A stretch of 64,000 bases of DNA, taken from the NCBI GenBank assembly GCA_016748015.1, contig JAAOMT010000128.1, positions 2,363,538 to 2,427,537 of the forward strand, in the 5' to 3' direction. How positions within the stretch are numbered: position 1 is the stretch's first letter; each line of letters starts with the position of its first letter. Both the position numbers and the translations under genes were made by a program. Positions 39,378 through 52,700 of this stretch are shown here, in pieces. Below the pieces are notes generated by a model. The model saw only the letters and a program-made list of their open reading frames with translations. It was not told the origin of the DNA and did no database searches. Source of the stretch: Geosiphon pyriformis uo1. Taxonomy: Eukaryota > Fungi > Glomeromycota.

Positions 39378-42300
39378 CTGCCATAGCTGATTGAATAATG
39401 ATAAAGAACACGACTGATTTTAAAAGCAATTTATGTTTCCAGAATTATTGCATTGTTGGGGTGGCTAATAAATTGCACAATTGTTAGCTAAGTATCTTTT
39501 TAATTTCTGATTAATTGAATTACTGAGTTGTTTTAATTTGAAATCTAAGTCAAATGATTCATTTATGACTAGATTTATGGTTTGGGTGTGATTAGTCTCT
39601 AATTCAGCTGACTCAAAGTCTCTGGTCCATGTGATTGCATCTTAGAGTATTGTTAAATATAATAGTCATACACATTGAAGAAGGCTATTATACAGGCCAT
39701 AGATAAACTGGTTCAGGATTTGTGACACTGTAAAATAGTCAGCTTGGATTGCTTGAATTTGGTGTAAGTTTCTGTGGAAGTATCCCAAGTAAGTAATAAC
39801 TGCTTCAGTTTCTCTCTGTTTAATTGTGGTGAAAGCATTGGCTAGGTGATTAATACTATTATTATTACTGAAATATTTCAAGAATGCAATTTTAAATTCC
39901 TAGAACATTTGAGATTTGGTAACTAAACTTTGATACCACAAGTTAGCAGTATTTTGGAGAAAATAGGGGATTGTTTGAAGGGCTCTGTTATCATTATATC
40001 CATTAGCTGTGATGGCTTTTTCTATGTCATTGAGCCATATTTGGGCATCATTCTCTTTACCAGTAAATTTTTCTATTTTTGTGATTGAAGCATAGGCCAT
40101 TTGTTGTTGTAGTTGTTGCTGGAATTGTTGTTGGAGTAGCAGTTGTGACTGTTGTTGCTGTTCAGTAATTGGTGGAATGGGTGGTGAATTAATCTCGATT
40201 ATTGAAGGTAAGTTTTACTGATTACTTAGGTCGAAGTTTGGATTGTTCTGATTTTTTGGAGTTTGAATATTTGGAGTTTGATTTTCCAAATTTTGGTGGA
40301 TTGGATTTTGCTTGCTGATTTCTTGATCATTACTTTCTTTTTCCTTGGAGTTAGTTATTTCTCAAGGATTAATGGCTCCGAAATCTGACTGTGGTGGTGG
40401 TAATCAAATTCCTGATGGCATTGGGGATTATGATTTAAATCTCTTGAAATAATTGCCATATGTTCTTAATAACTCTGATTTTTTTTGTTTACTTTGAAAC
40501 AGAATTCTATTTAGTGGTGTTGTTGTACTTGCTGTAGCTGTGTTTATTATATTAATAGTATTTTCGGATATATAATAATATGATAAATTAGCAGGTGAAT
40601 CAAATCTTTGTTTCTTCTAAGTGAGTAATTGAATTATTTTTGGTGTTTCTGCTAGTGTTTGTAACTTTTCTTTTTTTTTGTCAGCAAAGGTGATAAGAAA
40701 TCTCTGCTTGGTGTATTTTTCAATTTTTCTGTTTATTTCTGTAATTAAAGGTGCAAATAAGTAGTTTTGTAGAAGAATAGTGCTTTGTAGTAATTCACTG
40801 AAGAAATTGTTTAAGGCGGTGTTACCAGTAGAATTTTAGCTATTAATTAGCATGAAATTACTCTTATAATTCCTATTATTAATTAGCATATATTATTATC
40901 ATTTCGATTATCACTTATTATTTAATCAAATTATCAAATATCATTACTCAATCAATAATCCGATTTGTACTCTAAAAATTAAGATGATCAAATTACACAA
41001 TACCCTGAACCATTTAACATAGTCAAAATTTGCCGAAATTAATAAAAATTCGCCGAAATAATCAATAGTTCAGTGAAATAACTTGTAAATTTGCCAAAAT
41101 GTATCTTTAGTTCCCCCAAATTGAAGAAAAAAGAAAAGTGCAAGTTCAAAGAATAGTACTACAACAAGTTGTATAAAAGAAGAGCTTCTTTCTTCAAGAA
41201 AATATATCATCTTCTCATCTTCTCATAGTATCTTATTATAGTACTTTACTTTAGAGATCTTAATTGAAACAAATCACTTTTTACAAAATTAAATAAAAAT
41301 TAAAATTCAAAAACCAAATCCTTAAATTATTACACTTGAAATTCCCTCAACACAACTAACATTTTGAAATTGATTAGCTACCAATTTCAGTAAACTGTTA
41401 GTAACTCCAGGCCTGGATAGAAAACGTTTCTCTTGACAGAATTTTATTTCTTTTATTTTTCTTTTATTTTCTTATTATAATCATTAAGGTAGCTTACAGA
41501 TGAGATTCCTGTAGAAAAGTTGACTTTCACAGCAAAGTAACTACATATTTTAGTGAGCTTCCAGACGAGCAATTCCTGGAAAAGAGTTGACATTTACTAC
41601 AATGTAATTACATAAAGTAACTGGCAAGAAATTGGTTATTCTACTTGTAAGCCCAGCAGTTCAAATTATAGGAGATAATTTGAAGATAAATTCAATTACT
41701 GGAGGTCCAACTACTTCCTGAAAACGTGAATTCACAGCAAATCAACATTAACAACATTCAAGAAAAGAGACCAAAAACTTCCAGTAACATTTGGTGCTCT
41801 CTCATGGAAATAACACAGCAACAACAAATTCAAAGTAGTGACCACATCAGACACAGCAACTCTAGAGTATTATCAGTCAATTTACACCCACTGTAAGCAA
41901 AGATTCAACATCCCAGATGGAATTGAAGCTGTCAAAAAATCAGTATACCAATATATTAAAAACCGCATCAACAATTATCTTCTTGGAAATTACAATATCT
42001 CAGAAGTTAAAAGCAATCTTTACAATAATTTAGTGCATTATTCACAATTGGAAACAGAAGACCTGAACAGTCAAACACTTGCCACTTACTTTCAAGAACT
42101 TAATTTTAACATTATTAAGTACTGTGAAGAAACATATCTAGTACAATCTCAATACTCTATTGACTTTGAATCAGAAACAGAAACAAGCAACAAAGACAAA
42201 CAAAAAGTGAAACAATACTCAAGAACCACCCCAAACACTCCAATACTATCAAAGACAACTGCTAAATACTTGCAAACACCTGAACAAAGAACCAGTATCA

Positions 42301-45199
42301 AATTACCACTTTCTATTACACCATTTCCAATTTTACTTGTTCAACCACAAACACCAAATTCACCACTTAACCATTTTTCTAGACCAGAAGATTTTCAGTC
42401 ACCTAGAAATTTTACTCAACAGCAGAAACCAATATCAACTAGCACCAATATTATTGAGTACTTACAGGAGAATAAAAGTAACCATTCAGAAAACTTAGAA
42501 AGTAAAAAAACTGAATCAGAACAAAAAGAAACTATAAAAAATGAAGAAGAAATGACAACTGCTTATATTGCAAAGATTCCAGAATTTACTAGTAAAGACA
42601 ACAATACCAGTCTCCAAGAATGGCTGGACAAAGTTCAAAAAGCGGGAGATGCAAATGGTTGGATTGCAGCAAGAATGCTTAAAGCAATTCCATACTTTCT
42701 CCAAGGAACTGCAAGAAAATAGTTTGAAAACTTAGAAGAACCATTTAAAAACTGGCAAACATTCAATGCTTTTTTACAACAATTCACTGACAACAACACT
42801 TCTATTATTCTCTGCAATCAATTTTGCAATATCAAACAAGAAACATTTAAAACTGTTATGACTTATCTGGAGAGATTCAACAAACTTCTTCGATGAATTT
42901 GACAATTGAAAACCAATGACTACTACTCCAATGCTCAGATTCTGGATCAGTTTATAGCAGGATTGAAAGACAAATTGATTAAAAAAGTCCACCCACATGC
43001 ACCAGCAGACTTAGCAACTGCCATTAGACATGCAAAGAACTATGAAATGGCTATAGAAGAAGCAAACCACACCAAACTTGTCAACCTAGCTATTAGAAAA
43101 ACCAGCTCAACACCTAAAGAAAAAATAGACCAACTCACAAAAAAGGTTGAAAACTATTTCACCAACCAACAACAACAACAGCAGCAACCACAAAGATATC
43201 AACCACCACAACAACAAAACCAAAACAACTTTGGATCACCATCCAACAACCAACCTCAAAATTGCCATTACTGTGGAATTTCAGAACATTGGAAATAAAA
43301 TTGCAGAAAATTGCAAAAAAACCAACAAAACAGGAGTAATCAACGTTACTCTTCACCACAACAATCTTATTACCAATCTTTACTGCCAACTTATTATTTA
43401 CTAAGACCACAAAATCAAAACAGTTATTATCAACCAGCTCCACAACCAATGCAGCAACAATATTAGCAACCTTTACCAATTCAGCAATATCAGACACTAT
43501 CCACTCAACAATATTAAGTACCAGCCAGAAGATTGGTTCAACATAACCAATTCACACCTCAGAATCAATTCAGTAGTAATAACAGTAGAATCAACCCAAA
43601 TAACTAGTTGGTTCCCCAAAATTCTGGTCAGCAAAGACCCAATCACTATTACACTCAACCCAGTTATCTTACAATACCTGAAGGATCGGATTTTCAACAA
43701 ACTGCACTTTTTGAAGGTGAAGCTGCAGCACTAAAATCAAACCCTTCCAACAATACTATTCCACCAGCTCAAATTGCCCAAAATGCCAACCTCTCAGATA
43801 TATTTCTATTCGAATTTGAAGCAAATAAATTACCATTCTTGCTTAGTAATGCAGCAGCTAATAAACAAAAAGCTATTACTGCCATGTACACTGAAGCTAC
43901 AGTAGAAGGAAAGCCTATTCAATTAATTCTAGACAGTAGATTAGCTAGAAGTATTATCACCTACCAGTTAATATAACAGCTTCAAAGAACTGTTGACAGA
44001 CCAGCCCAAACTGTAATTGTTATAGCAAATGGTATAAAAAAGACACCAGTAGAAGAAATTGACAATTTCCCATTCACCATTGATGAAATCACCATTCCAG
44101 TCAAAGTTCTAATCATGGATGCACTCCAATACCAAGCTTTGATTGGAAATAATTGGCTTCTTAAGGCCAATGCAAACTTAGACTGGGAAACTTAAGAACT
44201 AAAAATCTCATACCAAGGACAATACACCATAGTACTTGCTACTTGTGGTACTTTCAACAAACAATCAGAAAAAGCCCCAGTATTTGAATTTGAAGAGGAG
44301 AAAGAGATGCCACTCACTGAAACCTACATGGCTCTTGGATCAACATCCAATTGGGCTGAGGAAACAGAACAAGAGATTTTTGAAGAATTAAGAGGATAGA
44401 AGAAAGTTAGATATTCCATACCAGAACCACAAAAAGAACCACCATACATTCCACTAAAATGCAAAGATTGCAAAAAGAAGCTTTCATCTATGGGAGCCTG
44501 TATTTCCCCAGAAAAGGAATATGAAACTCATACCTGTTACTTTTGTAAAGCATGTCATAGAGAATGATTTGGATCCCCAAAAAAAAGTGGAAAATGGGAC
44601 AACACACCTTGCTTCATATGTGGAGATATATTATCAGAAAAATACAACTGGATTGATGTTGCAATAAGAGGAGAAGTATGTGATCAGACCTGTCAATACA
44701 CTCTATCAATCTCGGAAAAAGTCAGAAAAAGAACACCATTTAATGCAGCATACAACAGTGCTCTTAATAAACTTTACCACTACCCTTATGATGCTGAAAT
44801 GATCTTTGATTTAACAATGACTTTAATTAATGGAGCCACACAGGAAGATGTCCACCAAATAAAAGAAGCTAAGTACATTGAATACACAATAGAATTAGCT
44901 GGATTCAACTATGAAGATAAGGTAAAAACATACCACCAAATTGCAAGCCACACATATCCAACACAAAAAGCTCAGATTCAACAATTAAAGCAAATGAACA
45001 TTCAATTATATGAAGAATGCATCATGCCTTGTAATAACAAATGGTGTTCAGAATGCTATGCTCTTAGCATTCCTCTGCTCAATGAAAATGACCAGGAAGA
45101 AATCGAATTTGGGAATCCTAAAACAAAGAAAGAAATCACAATAACACCAATCTATCTTATTGAAAACCAGTTTGCCATACAACTCAAATACTTTGACAA

Positions 45200-45611
45200 C
45201 AATGAACAAGGAATAAAATCAGAAAAAGCCCATAAAATTGATGCAGAATATGATCTCAGATATCCTGGCAAAAACACTTTGGTTCTTCAACCAAAATCTT
45301 TGACAAAAATCAATCTCAGGATTGCTCTTAAGATTCCACCTGAAGCAATGGTTCAAATTGCATTCAGATTATCATTGGCAAGCAAAGGAATCAATGTTAG
45401 AGGAGGAATTATAGATGCAAGATATACAAGAGACATTACTATTATGTTGCAGAATGAAACAGACAAACCATTCGAGATTGAACATGCTGAAAAGATTGCC
45501 CAAGCAATTTATCTACCCCTAATCAACATTTTGGGTTTACAATCAGTGAAGAACAGAGAACAATTGGGAAAAAGTGAAAAAGGAACTCAAAGTTTTGGTT
45601 TAACTAGATAA
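45200..45611 (+). pseudogene. dut: dUTPase domain of element E1 between PR and RT
   Basis: DAEYDL, RLSLASKG, GGIIDARY, EKIAQAI and KGTQSFGLT correspond to the five trimeric dUTPase motifs. Confidence 0.9.
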
Positions 45612-47473
45612 TTTACAGTGCCAGTAAATATAGCTCTCAATACACAGAATGAATTTTACCAGATTCTTCAACTTCCTCAACCAATTACCATTTCATCCTT
45701 TGGAAAACATCACGAAATTTACACTTGCTCAAAACCCACCACTACCCAACAAATCTTTAAATCCAATGAACAAATTTGTTTGAAGCATGAAATCTCAATT
45801 CCAAACGTTTATATTTCCAAAGAAATGAAAAAATTTTGAATTACATTCTAAAACCCCAATAATTATCCTATTGTCTTATTAAATAAATTAGAAATTGGAA
45901 TCATACATAGTAACATCTTTCAAGATGAAAACCCTCAAATTGTCTCTAATTTCATCGAAATTATAAGACATACTCTGTTTCCAAATCCAAACATCATTTC
46001 TAATACTGAAAACTACCACTTTTTGAAAGAAAAACTCTCTCAAATCAACATGGGTCCCTTAGAATCCCAACAACAAAGACAATTAAAACAGCTAATAGCT
46101 GAATTTGCAGATATCTTTGCAAAGAACAACAATGATCTTGGAAAAACTGATATTGTTCAACATCAGATTCACACAAGAGATGCTTCACCAAAAAAACAAC
46201 AAGCTTATCGAGTGCCACCTGCCAGCCACCAATTCATTAGAGAAGAGATTCAAAGAATGCTCAATAATGGATTGATTCAACCATTAAGAAGTTCTTAGGC
46301 CTCATCAGTAGTTTTAGTTAAAAAGAAAAACGGAAAAATCAGATTTTGTGTTGATTATAGACAACTGAATAGTGTTATAATTAGAGATGCCTACCCTCTT
46401 CCAAGAATTAATAACATGCTAAATGCTCTAGGAAAAGCCAAGTTCTTCTCAACTTTAGACTTAGAAAGTGGATACTGGCAAGTTAAAATGGACCCAAAAG
46501 ATAGACCCAAAATAGCATTCACCACTCAAAGAGAAAACTATGAGTTCAATGTTATGCCTTTTGAATTCTGCAATGCACCAGCAACATTCTAACAACTCAT
46601 GGATGTTGTATATGAAGGGCTCTTATGGCAATTAGTAGTTGTCTATTTTGATGACACTAATATATACTCACCAAGCTTTGAAGCCCATCTTATTCACCTG
46701 TGAGAAGTTTTTCAATGATTATAGAAAGCAGGATTAAAATTGAACATTAAAAAATATCACTTTGAAAAAACAAGCTTAATCTTTCTTGGACACATTGTTA
46801 GAAAAAATGGAGTCAAACCAAACCCTGGAACAATCAGTGCTGTCAAAAACTTCTAAACTCCCAAAAATACCACAAAACTACGAGAATTTGTAGAATTAGC
46901 CTCTTACTATTGAAAATTCATCAAAAGATTCTCAGAAATTGCCAAACCATTCAATTATCTCACCAACAAAATGTACCATACAAATGGATGAAAAAACAAC
47001 AAAATGCTTTTGAAACTCTCAAAACAAGATTGACAACAGCCCCAGTTCTTGCTTACCCAGACTTTAACAAATGGTTTCAACTAGCTACTAATGCTTTATA
47101 CATAGCATTTGGTGCCATCCTATTACAATTGGATGAAAATGACCAGGAACAAGTCATTGTCTATGTCAGCAGAACACTCAAGCCAACAGAACTCAAATAT
47201 GGCTCAACAGAACTTGAAGCTGCCACAGTCATTTGGGCTCTTAAACACTTTCAACAATACCTAAAAAATGGAAAAGAATTTGACATCATAACTGACAATA
47301 TTGGCCTCAAATGGCTCAATAAAAAGAAAACTGAACAAAGTGCCAAATTACAAATACATTGTATACCACAAACCAGGAAAACTACACACCAATGTTGATA
47401 GTCTCTTAAGAATAAGACAAGATTAACACTACCAACAATTCCACTATAACTTACCATTATCAACAAAACAACA

Positions 47474-48849
47474 ATAGATCTCAGAAATTACAACAATCTT
47501 AAAAACTATTTGGAGACTCTTACTATGCCAAAAAATTGGTCTCCAAGTGAAAAACATCGTTTACAACACCAATTCAAACAATATTTCATACACCACAACA
47601 AAATTTATTATAAAAATTGCAAAAACCCAAACCAACTACTTAGATTAATACAGAAAAATAAAAAAGAAACAATCTTATACAACATGCACACAGATCCTTT
47701 TTCAACACACTTGGGAAGAGATGGAACAATTCAAAGAACTCTTGAACATTATTTTTGGCCTCACATGCAAAAAGACATTCGACAATATATAGAATCTTAT
47801 AATAGTTGTCAAAAAAGAGAAGGAACTCACCTCACAGAACCATTAAATCCAATCAAAGTTGGACAACCTTTTGACAGAGTTGGAATTGATTTAGTCGGAC
47901 CATTACCTATCACAACTCAAGGAAATTATTATATTGCAGTTGCAGTAGATTATCTCACCAAATGGCCTGAAGCTAGAGCCATCCAAAGAGCAGATGCAAA
48001 ATCAGTAGCAAATTTCATCTATGAAGACATTATTTGTAGACATGGATGCTCAATTGAACTCTTATCTGATCAAGAAACACATTTTGTGAACAACTTGATA
48101 CAAAAAATTTGTGAATGATTCAATGTTAAAAAACTTCTATCATCACCTTATCACCCTTAAACAAATAGACTTGTAAAACATTTTAACAGAACATTGTGTG
48201 AATCTTTAGCCAAAGTCTCAACAGACTTTGAGCAAGAATGGAATATCTTTATTCCATCAATGTTACTAGCATACAGAACACTAAAACAAGATACTATGAA
48301 ACACACACTATTTGATTTAACTTATGGAAGGACAGCAACATTACCAATTAATTTCACAGTGGAAACATACCCTGTGCAACCAATTAATTTCAAAAAACAC
48401 TCTAAAGAAGGGCTTACACTCTTCTTAGTATACTGGAAGGAAAAAGAAAGATAGCAACAACTCATATTGAACATTCCCAAGCTCAACAAAAAGAAAAACA
48501 TGACAACAAATTACCACCCATAACTAACGAATTTAAAGTTGGAAATAAAGTTTTTTTACACAGAACTAAGACTGAAAAACAATGGAGTAGAAAATTTGAA
48601 AACAAATGGAATGGACTATTTTATATTCACGAAATTCTAGGCAATAGATCATATAAATTAAGACTTGATGACAAAGTACTAGCAAAAGTTGCACATGGAG
48701 ATAAATTGAAACACTATTATTCCAGAAACAATTCTGAACCATTAATTCCACAAATTGGTACACATTCCCCTTTAGTTAATCTTGAAGGTATTTCCCGAAA
48801 TTTAGAACCAATAATTATAATAGAACAATACCCAAACTTAAATACTTAA
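47474..48849 (+). pseudogene. Element E1 integrase (separate ORF; ATG decayed to ATA)
   Basis: H..H..C zinc domain, GIDLVGPL and LLSDQ motifs. RNase H ends at TAA 47424-47426. Confidence 0.85.
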
Positions 48850-49017
48850 TTTAATATATCCTTACAATAATCTTTTTTATATAACCCACATAACATAAAT
48901 CAAAAATAGTAAATAATTACAAAGAAATATTTAAACCCAAAAACAAATAAAAATCCTATACCCAAAAATAATCTTCTTTATTCTTTTCAAACTTTGTTAT
49001 TAATTAGTCATTTTATC

Positions 49018-49725
49018 ATGATTATTCTTCGAAATATTCAACAAATATCCCAAAAATTAATGTTAGCTTTGAAAACACTTTCTGACTTGTCCATAATAAT
49101 TAATAGAAGTTAAATTAATTACATTTAGAAAGAAACCACAGCCCCAATAGTAAATAATTCTCAGAACTATCACCCTTATAGAAGAAAAACAAGAGGTCAC
49201 TCTGAAAATAGGTTACCAGAACTTTTGAAGCAAGCACTAAAAGAAAACCTTTTAATTGCTTCTATTGACATTCCACTAAATGCCACAATGCAACAAAAAC
49301 TTCTACTATTCCTTAATAGACAGAACAATAAACATACCCTTATATATAGATATTTTCATATTGGAAATACACTTTATGAACAAAAACTGGAACTTGAAGC
49401 AACCAATATCACTCCTGAGGCTATACAAAAACAAATTCACAATGAATTCAAAACAGCAGCTGGACCAACAAACACTTGCTATAAACTTAGAGCAGTATTT
49501 AGACTCTATGATTTATTCAACACTTGTGAAAACGTCCTACAAAATCCAATACTCTATCCAATGAAGATTCAATACATTGGAAAACTCACAGAACTGAAAT
49601 TTCAACAATTTTCAGACCAGATCACTTCAATTATCTTGAACCACTATCTTAATATTACAGATAGTGCTTGGACTTTGATGGAGCTCAGTCTTGAGAAGGA
49701 GATTATGTTACCAGTAGAATTTTAG
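49018..49725 (+). pseudogene. Element E1 ORF3
   Basis: Homologous to 60329-61048. Reads through the PPT into the LTR. Confidence 0.75.
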
Positions 49726-52700
49726 CTATTAATTAGCATGAAATTACCCTTATAATTCCTATTATTAATTAACATACATTATTATTATTTCAATTATCAC
49801 TTATTATTTAATCAAATTATCAAATATCATTACTCAATCAATAATCCGATTTGTACTCTAAAAATTAAGATGATCAAATTACACAATACCCTAAACCATT
49901 TAGCATAGTCAAAATTTGCCGAAATTAATGAAAATTTGCCGAAATAATCAATAGTTCAGTGAAATAACTTGTAAATTCGCCGAAATGTATCTTTAGTTCA
50001 TCCAAATTAAAGAAAAGAGAAAAGTGCAAGTTCAAAGAATAGTACTACAACAAGTTGTATAAAAGAAGAGCTTCTTTCTTCAAGAAAATATATCATCTTT
50101 TCATCTTCTCATAGTATCTTACAATAGTATCTTACTTTAGATATCTTAATTGAAACAAATCATCTTTTACAAAATTAAATAAAAATTAAATATTCGAAAA
50201 CCAAATTCTTAAATTATTACACTTGAAATTCCCTCAACACAAACTAACGTTTTGAAATTGATTAGCTACCAATTTCAATAAACTGTTAGTAACTTCAGGC
50301 CTGGATAGAAAACGTTTCCCTTGACAGAATTCTATTTATTTTACATTTCTTTTATTTTTCTTTTATTTTTTTATTATTACAATCATTAGGGTAGCCTACA
50401 GACGAGATTTCTGTAGAAGAGTTGACTTTTACAGCAAAGTAACTACACATTTTAATGAGCTTCCAGACGAGCAATTCCTGGGAAAGAGTTGATGTTTACT
50501 ACAACATAACTATATAAAGTAACTGGCAAGGAATTGGCCATTCCACTTATAAGCCCAGTAGTTCAAATTATAGAAGATAATTTGAAGATAAATTCAGTTA
50601 CTAGAGGTCCAACTACTTCCTGGAAATGTGAATTCACAGCAAATCAACATTAACAACATTCAAGAAAAAAGACCAAAAACCTCCAGTAACAACAACAAAA
50701 GCAATAATGAACAATAGAAATATCAGACCATATTCACACTTTAGCTCAACAATTGTTTTAGGCTTTAAGTCAACAGCAAAAAAACATGGAAATTATTATT
50801 AACAATCAAACAATCTGTTATTGAAACACCAAACAAAAAAAAAAGGTACATCATACCAGTAACCACAAAAACAATTAATAAATTAGTCAGATAAAATAGT
50901 AAAGAAAGTAAAAAACACTTTTAGAAAAATAACCATTATGGGTTCAACAGAAGAACTGATGAAGAAAAATTAGAACCAATGGTTAGACCAACTTCCAATA
51001 CCATACTGCTACTATCAATTGGGACAAAAAGTAGATATTCAGAAATTATATCTTAACAAATCTAAAAGAATCTTCAATCAAGAAATAGTCCAAAACATTG
51101 AAGACATTATTAGAAAGAAAACAAACTTAACATTACATATCAAGACTATTTATCAACTACTGACTATATTTAAAAACTACCCAGAAGTATTGTTACACTC
51201 TGACATAGAAACAATAACCATCAACCAATAGGGAAGAATGAACAACTCACAAATTGAAGAAATAAAGAGTAGGGTGAAACAGACACTACTTGAAAAAGAA
51301 GTATTTGACATAATTCAAAATAAAAATTTCAACAGAGCTCAATATTAAAAAAAGAGAAGATAATATTACTCATAAAAAAAAAATAGTAGATCAATAGGAG
51401 AGTAGTAGTTAGGACATGAGCATATTGTTCAAGAAATCATAGCACATTACTTGAAAATGTGAGTGATCTTATAGAACATTAATTATGTATATATAGTGGT
51501 AGGATTAGAAGAAAAAAAAACAGACTTCTTAGTTTAGATTTAATCTAAGCAATTTTCCAATTCAAAAATATTAATAAATAATTATTTGCTATTTAAATCC
51601 ACTCTTTACTATTAACACTTTATGTTGATAGTATTAAATACTTAATCATACTGAAACAATAGCTCTTGATCATGGCTATTGACAGAATACTAACTTGAAT
51701 TGCTTTGGCTTATTTCTTATTTTCTTTATGTTATTTTTTTATTTTATTTGTTGTTTACTAATTGATTAAAGAATTAAGTGCTGAAGTACAAACATCATAG
51801 GGACTAGTAAAAGACCCATGAAACAAAAGTAAAACACTCATAGATTTGAGGATAGCTTACCAGGAGGATTACTGGCCATCACACTGTTACTCATAAAATA
51901 TAGAAAGCATATTAGCATATAAATTAGCCAATCATAAGTAGACATAGTAAATGTGGAATTCCAGGATTCCTCTCAGAGGAATCACAGGATTCCAGGAATT
52001 GCAGGATTCTTACATGAGAAATTGCAGGATTCCAGAATTCCAGGATTCTTTTCAAAGGAATTACAGTATTCCAGGAATTCCAGGATTCCTAACATAAAAA
52101 ATTGAGGAATTGAGAAATCTCAAATACGTATATATAGCAGTAGTATTAGAAGTTAGAAAATTAGTCAATAGAACTTAGAGTCAATTGATTCGCAGAGTCA
52201 ATTAGACTTATAGAATCAATTAGACTCGCAAAATCATAATTATTAAAATTACAAAAAAAAAAGAATCCTTTAGTGAGACCTCCCAGTTTAGATTTCATCT
52301 AGACAACTTTCCAAATACAATAAATAACTATTTGGTATCTTAAACCTAATTTTACTATCAACACTTCATGTTGATAGTAATTGATACTTAACTATACTGG
52401 AACAATAGCTCTTGATCATGGCTATTGACAGGATACTTACTTGCAAATTGCCTTAGCTTATTTCATATTTTCATTTATTTTCTTTTATCTTTTCTTTATT
52501 TTTTTTGTTGTCTACTAACTTGATTAAAGGATTTACTCTTAAAAGACTTACAGAGAAATAAACTTGCTTAAACAATACTTACTCTTGGAAGACTTATGGA
52601 GGAACTGACATCAGGAAACAGCACTAGTATACACTTATGGAGAATATTGTACTAGGAGAATCATCAACCATTAAGCTGAGCAAGCAATTGACAAAACTAT

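Larger units (their letters stand above)
30176..40819 (-). mobile_element. Gypsy element 'D' (5'-truncated), dUTPase-bearing
   Basis: 3' LTR 30176-31061, PPT 31062-31078, ORF3 about 31078-31730, IN about 31850-33148, RH/RT 33179-34600, dUTPase about 34985-35420, Cys-rich region, PR (LILDSG) about 37990, gag up to 40819. Confidence 0.9.
40820..50691 (+). mobile_element. Structurally complete Gypsy element 'E1' (gag-PR-CysRich-dUTPase-RT-RH / IN / ORF3), many stops
   Basis: LTRs 40820-41789 and 49706-50691. PBS TGGTGCTCTCTCATGG at 41792, PPT 49693-49705. ORF pieces at 41838, 42906, 43608, 44799, 45618 and 46023 are all in one frame. No matching TSD. Confidence 0.95.

Noticed and set aside
41792-41810. 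Assigning a specific primer tRNA to the PBS (TGGTGCTCTCCCATGG; A-family TAATGCTCCCTATGAGG)
   Set aside because: The shape fits a tRNA 3' end, and the A version resembles elongator Met, but decay and the lack of the host tRNA set prevent a call.
49018-49725. ORF3 as an envelope gene
   Set aside because: No signal peptide, transmembrane helix or Cys pattern, and it is too short.
50395-50500. CAGACGAG in the E LTR module as a hammerhead ribozyme core (CUGANGA)
   Set aside because: U4 is replaced, there is no correctly placed GAAA or stem III, and the CAG is tied up in the covarying stem.
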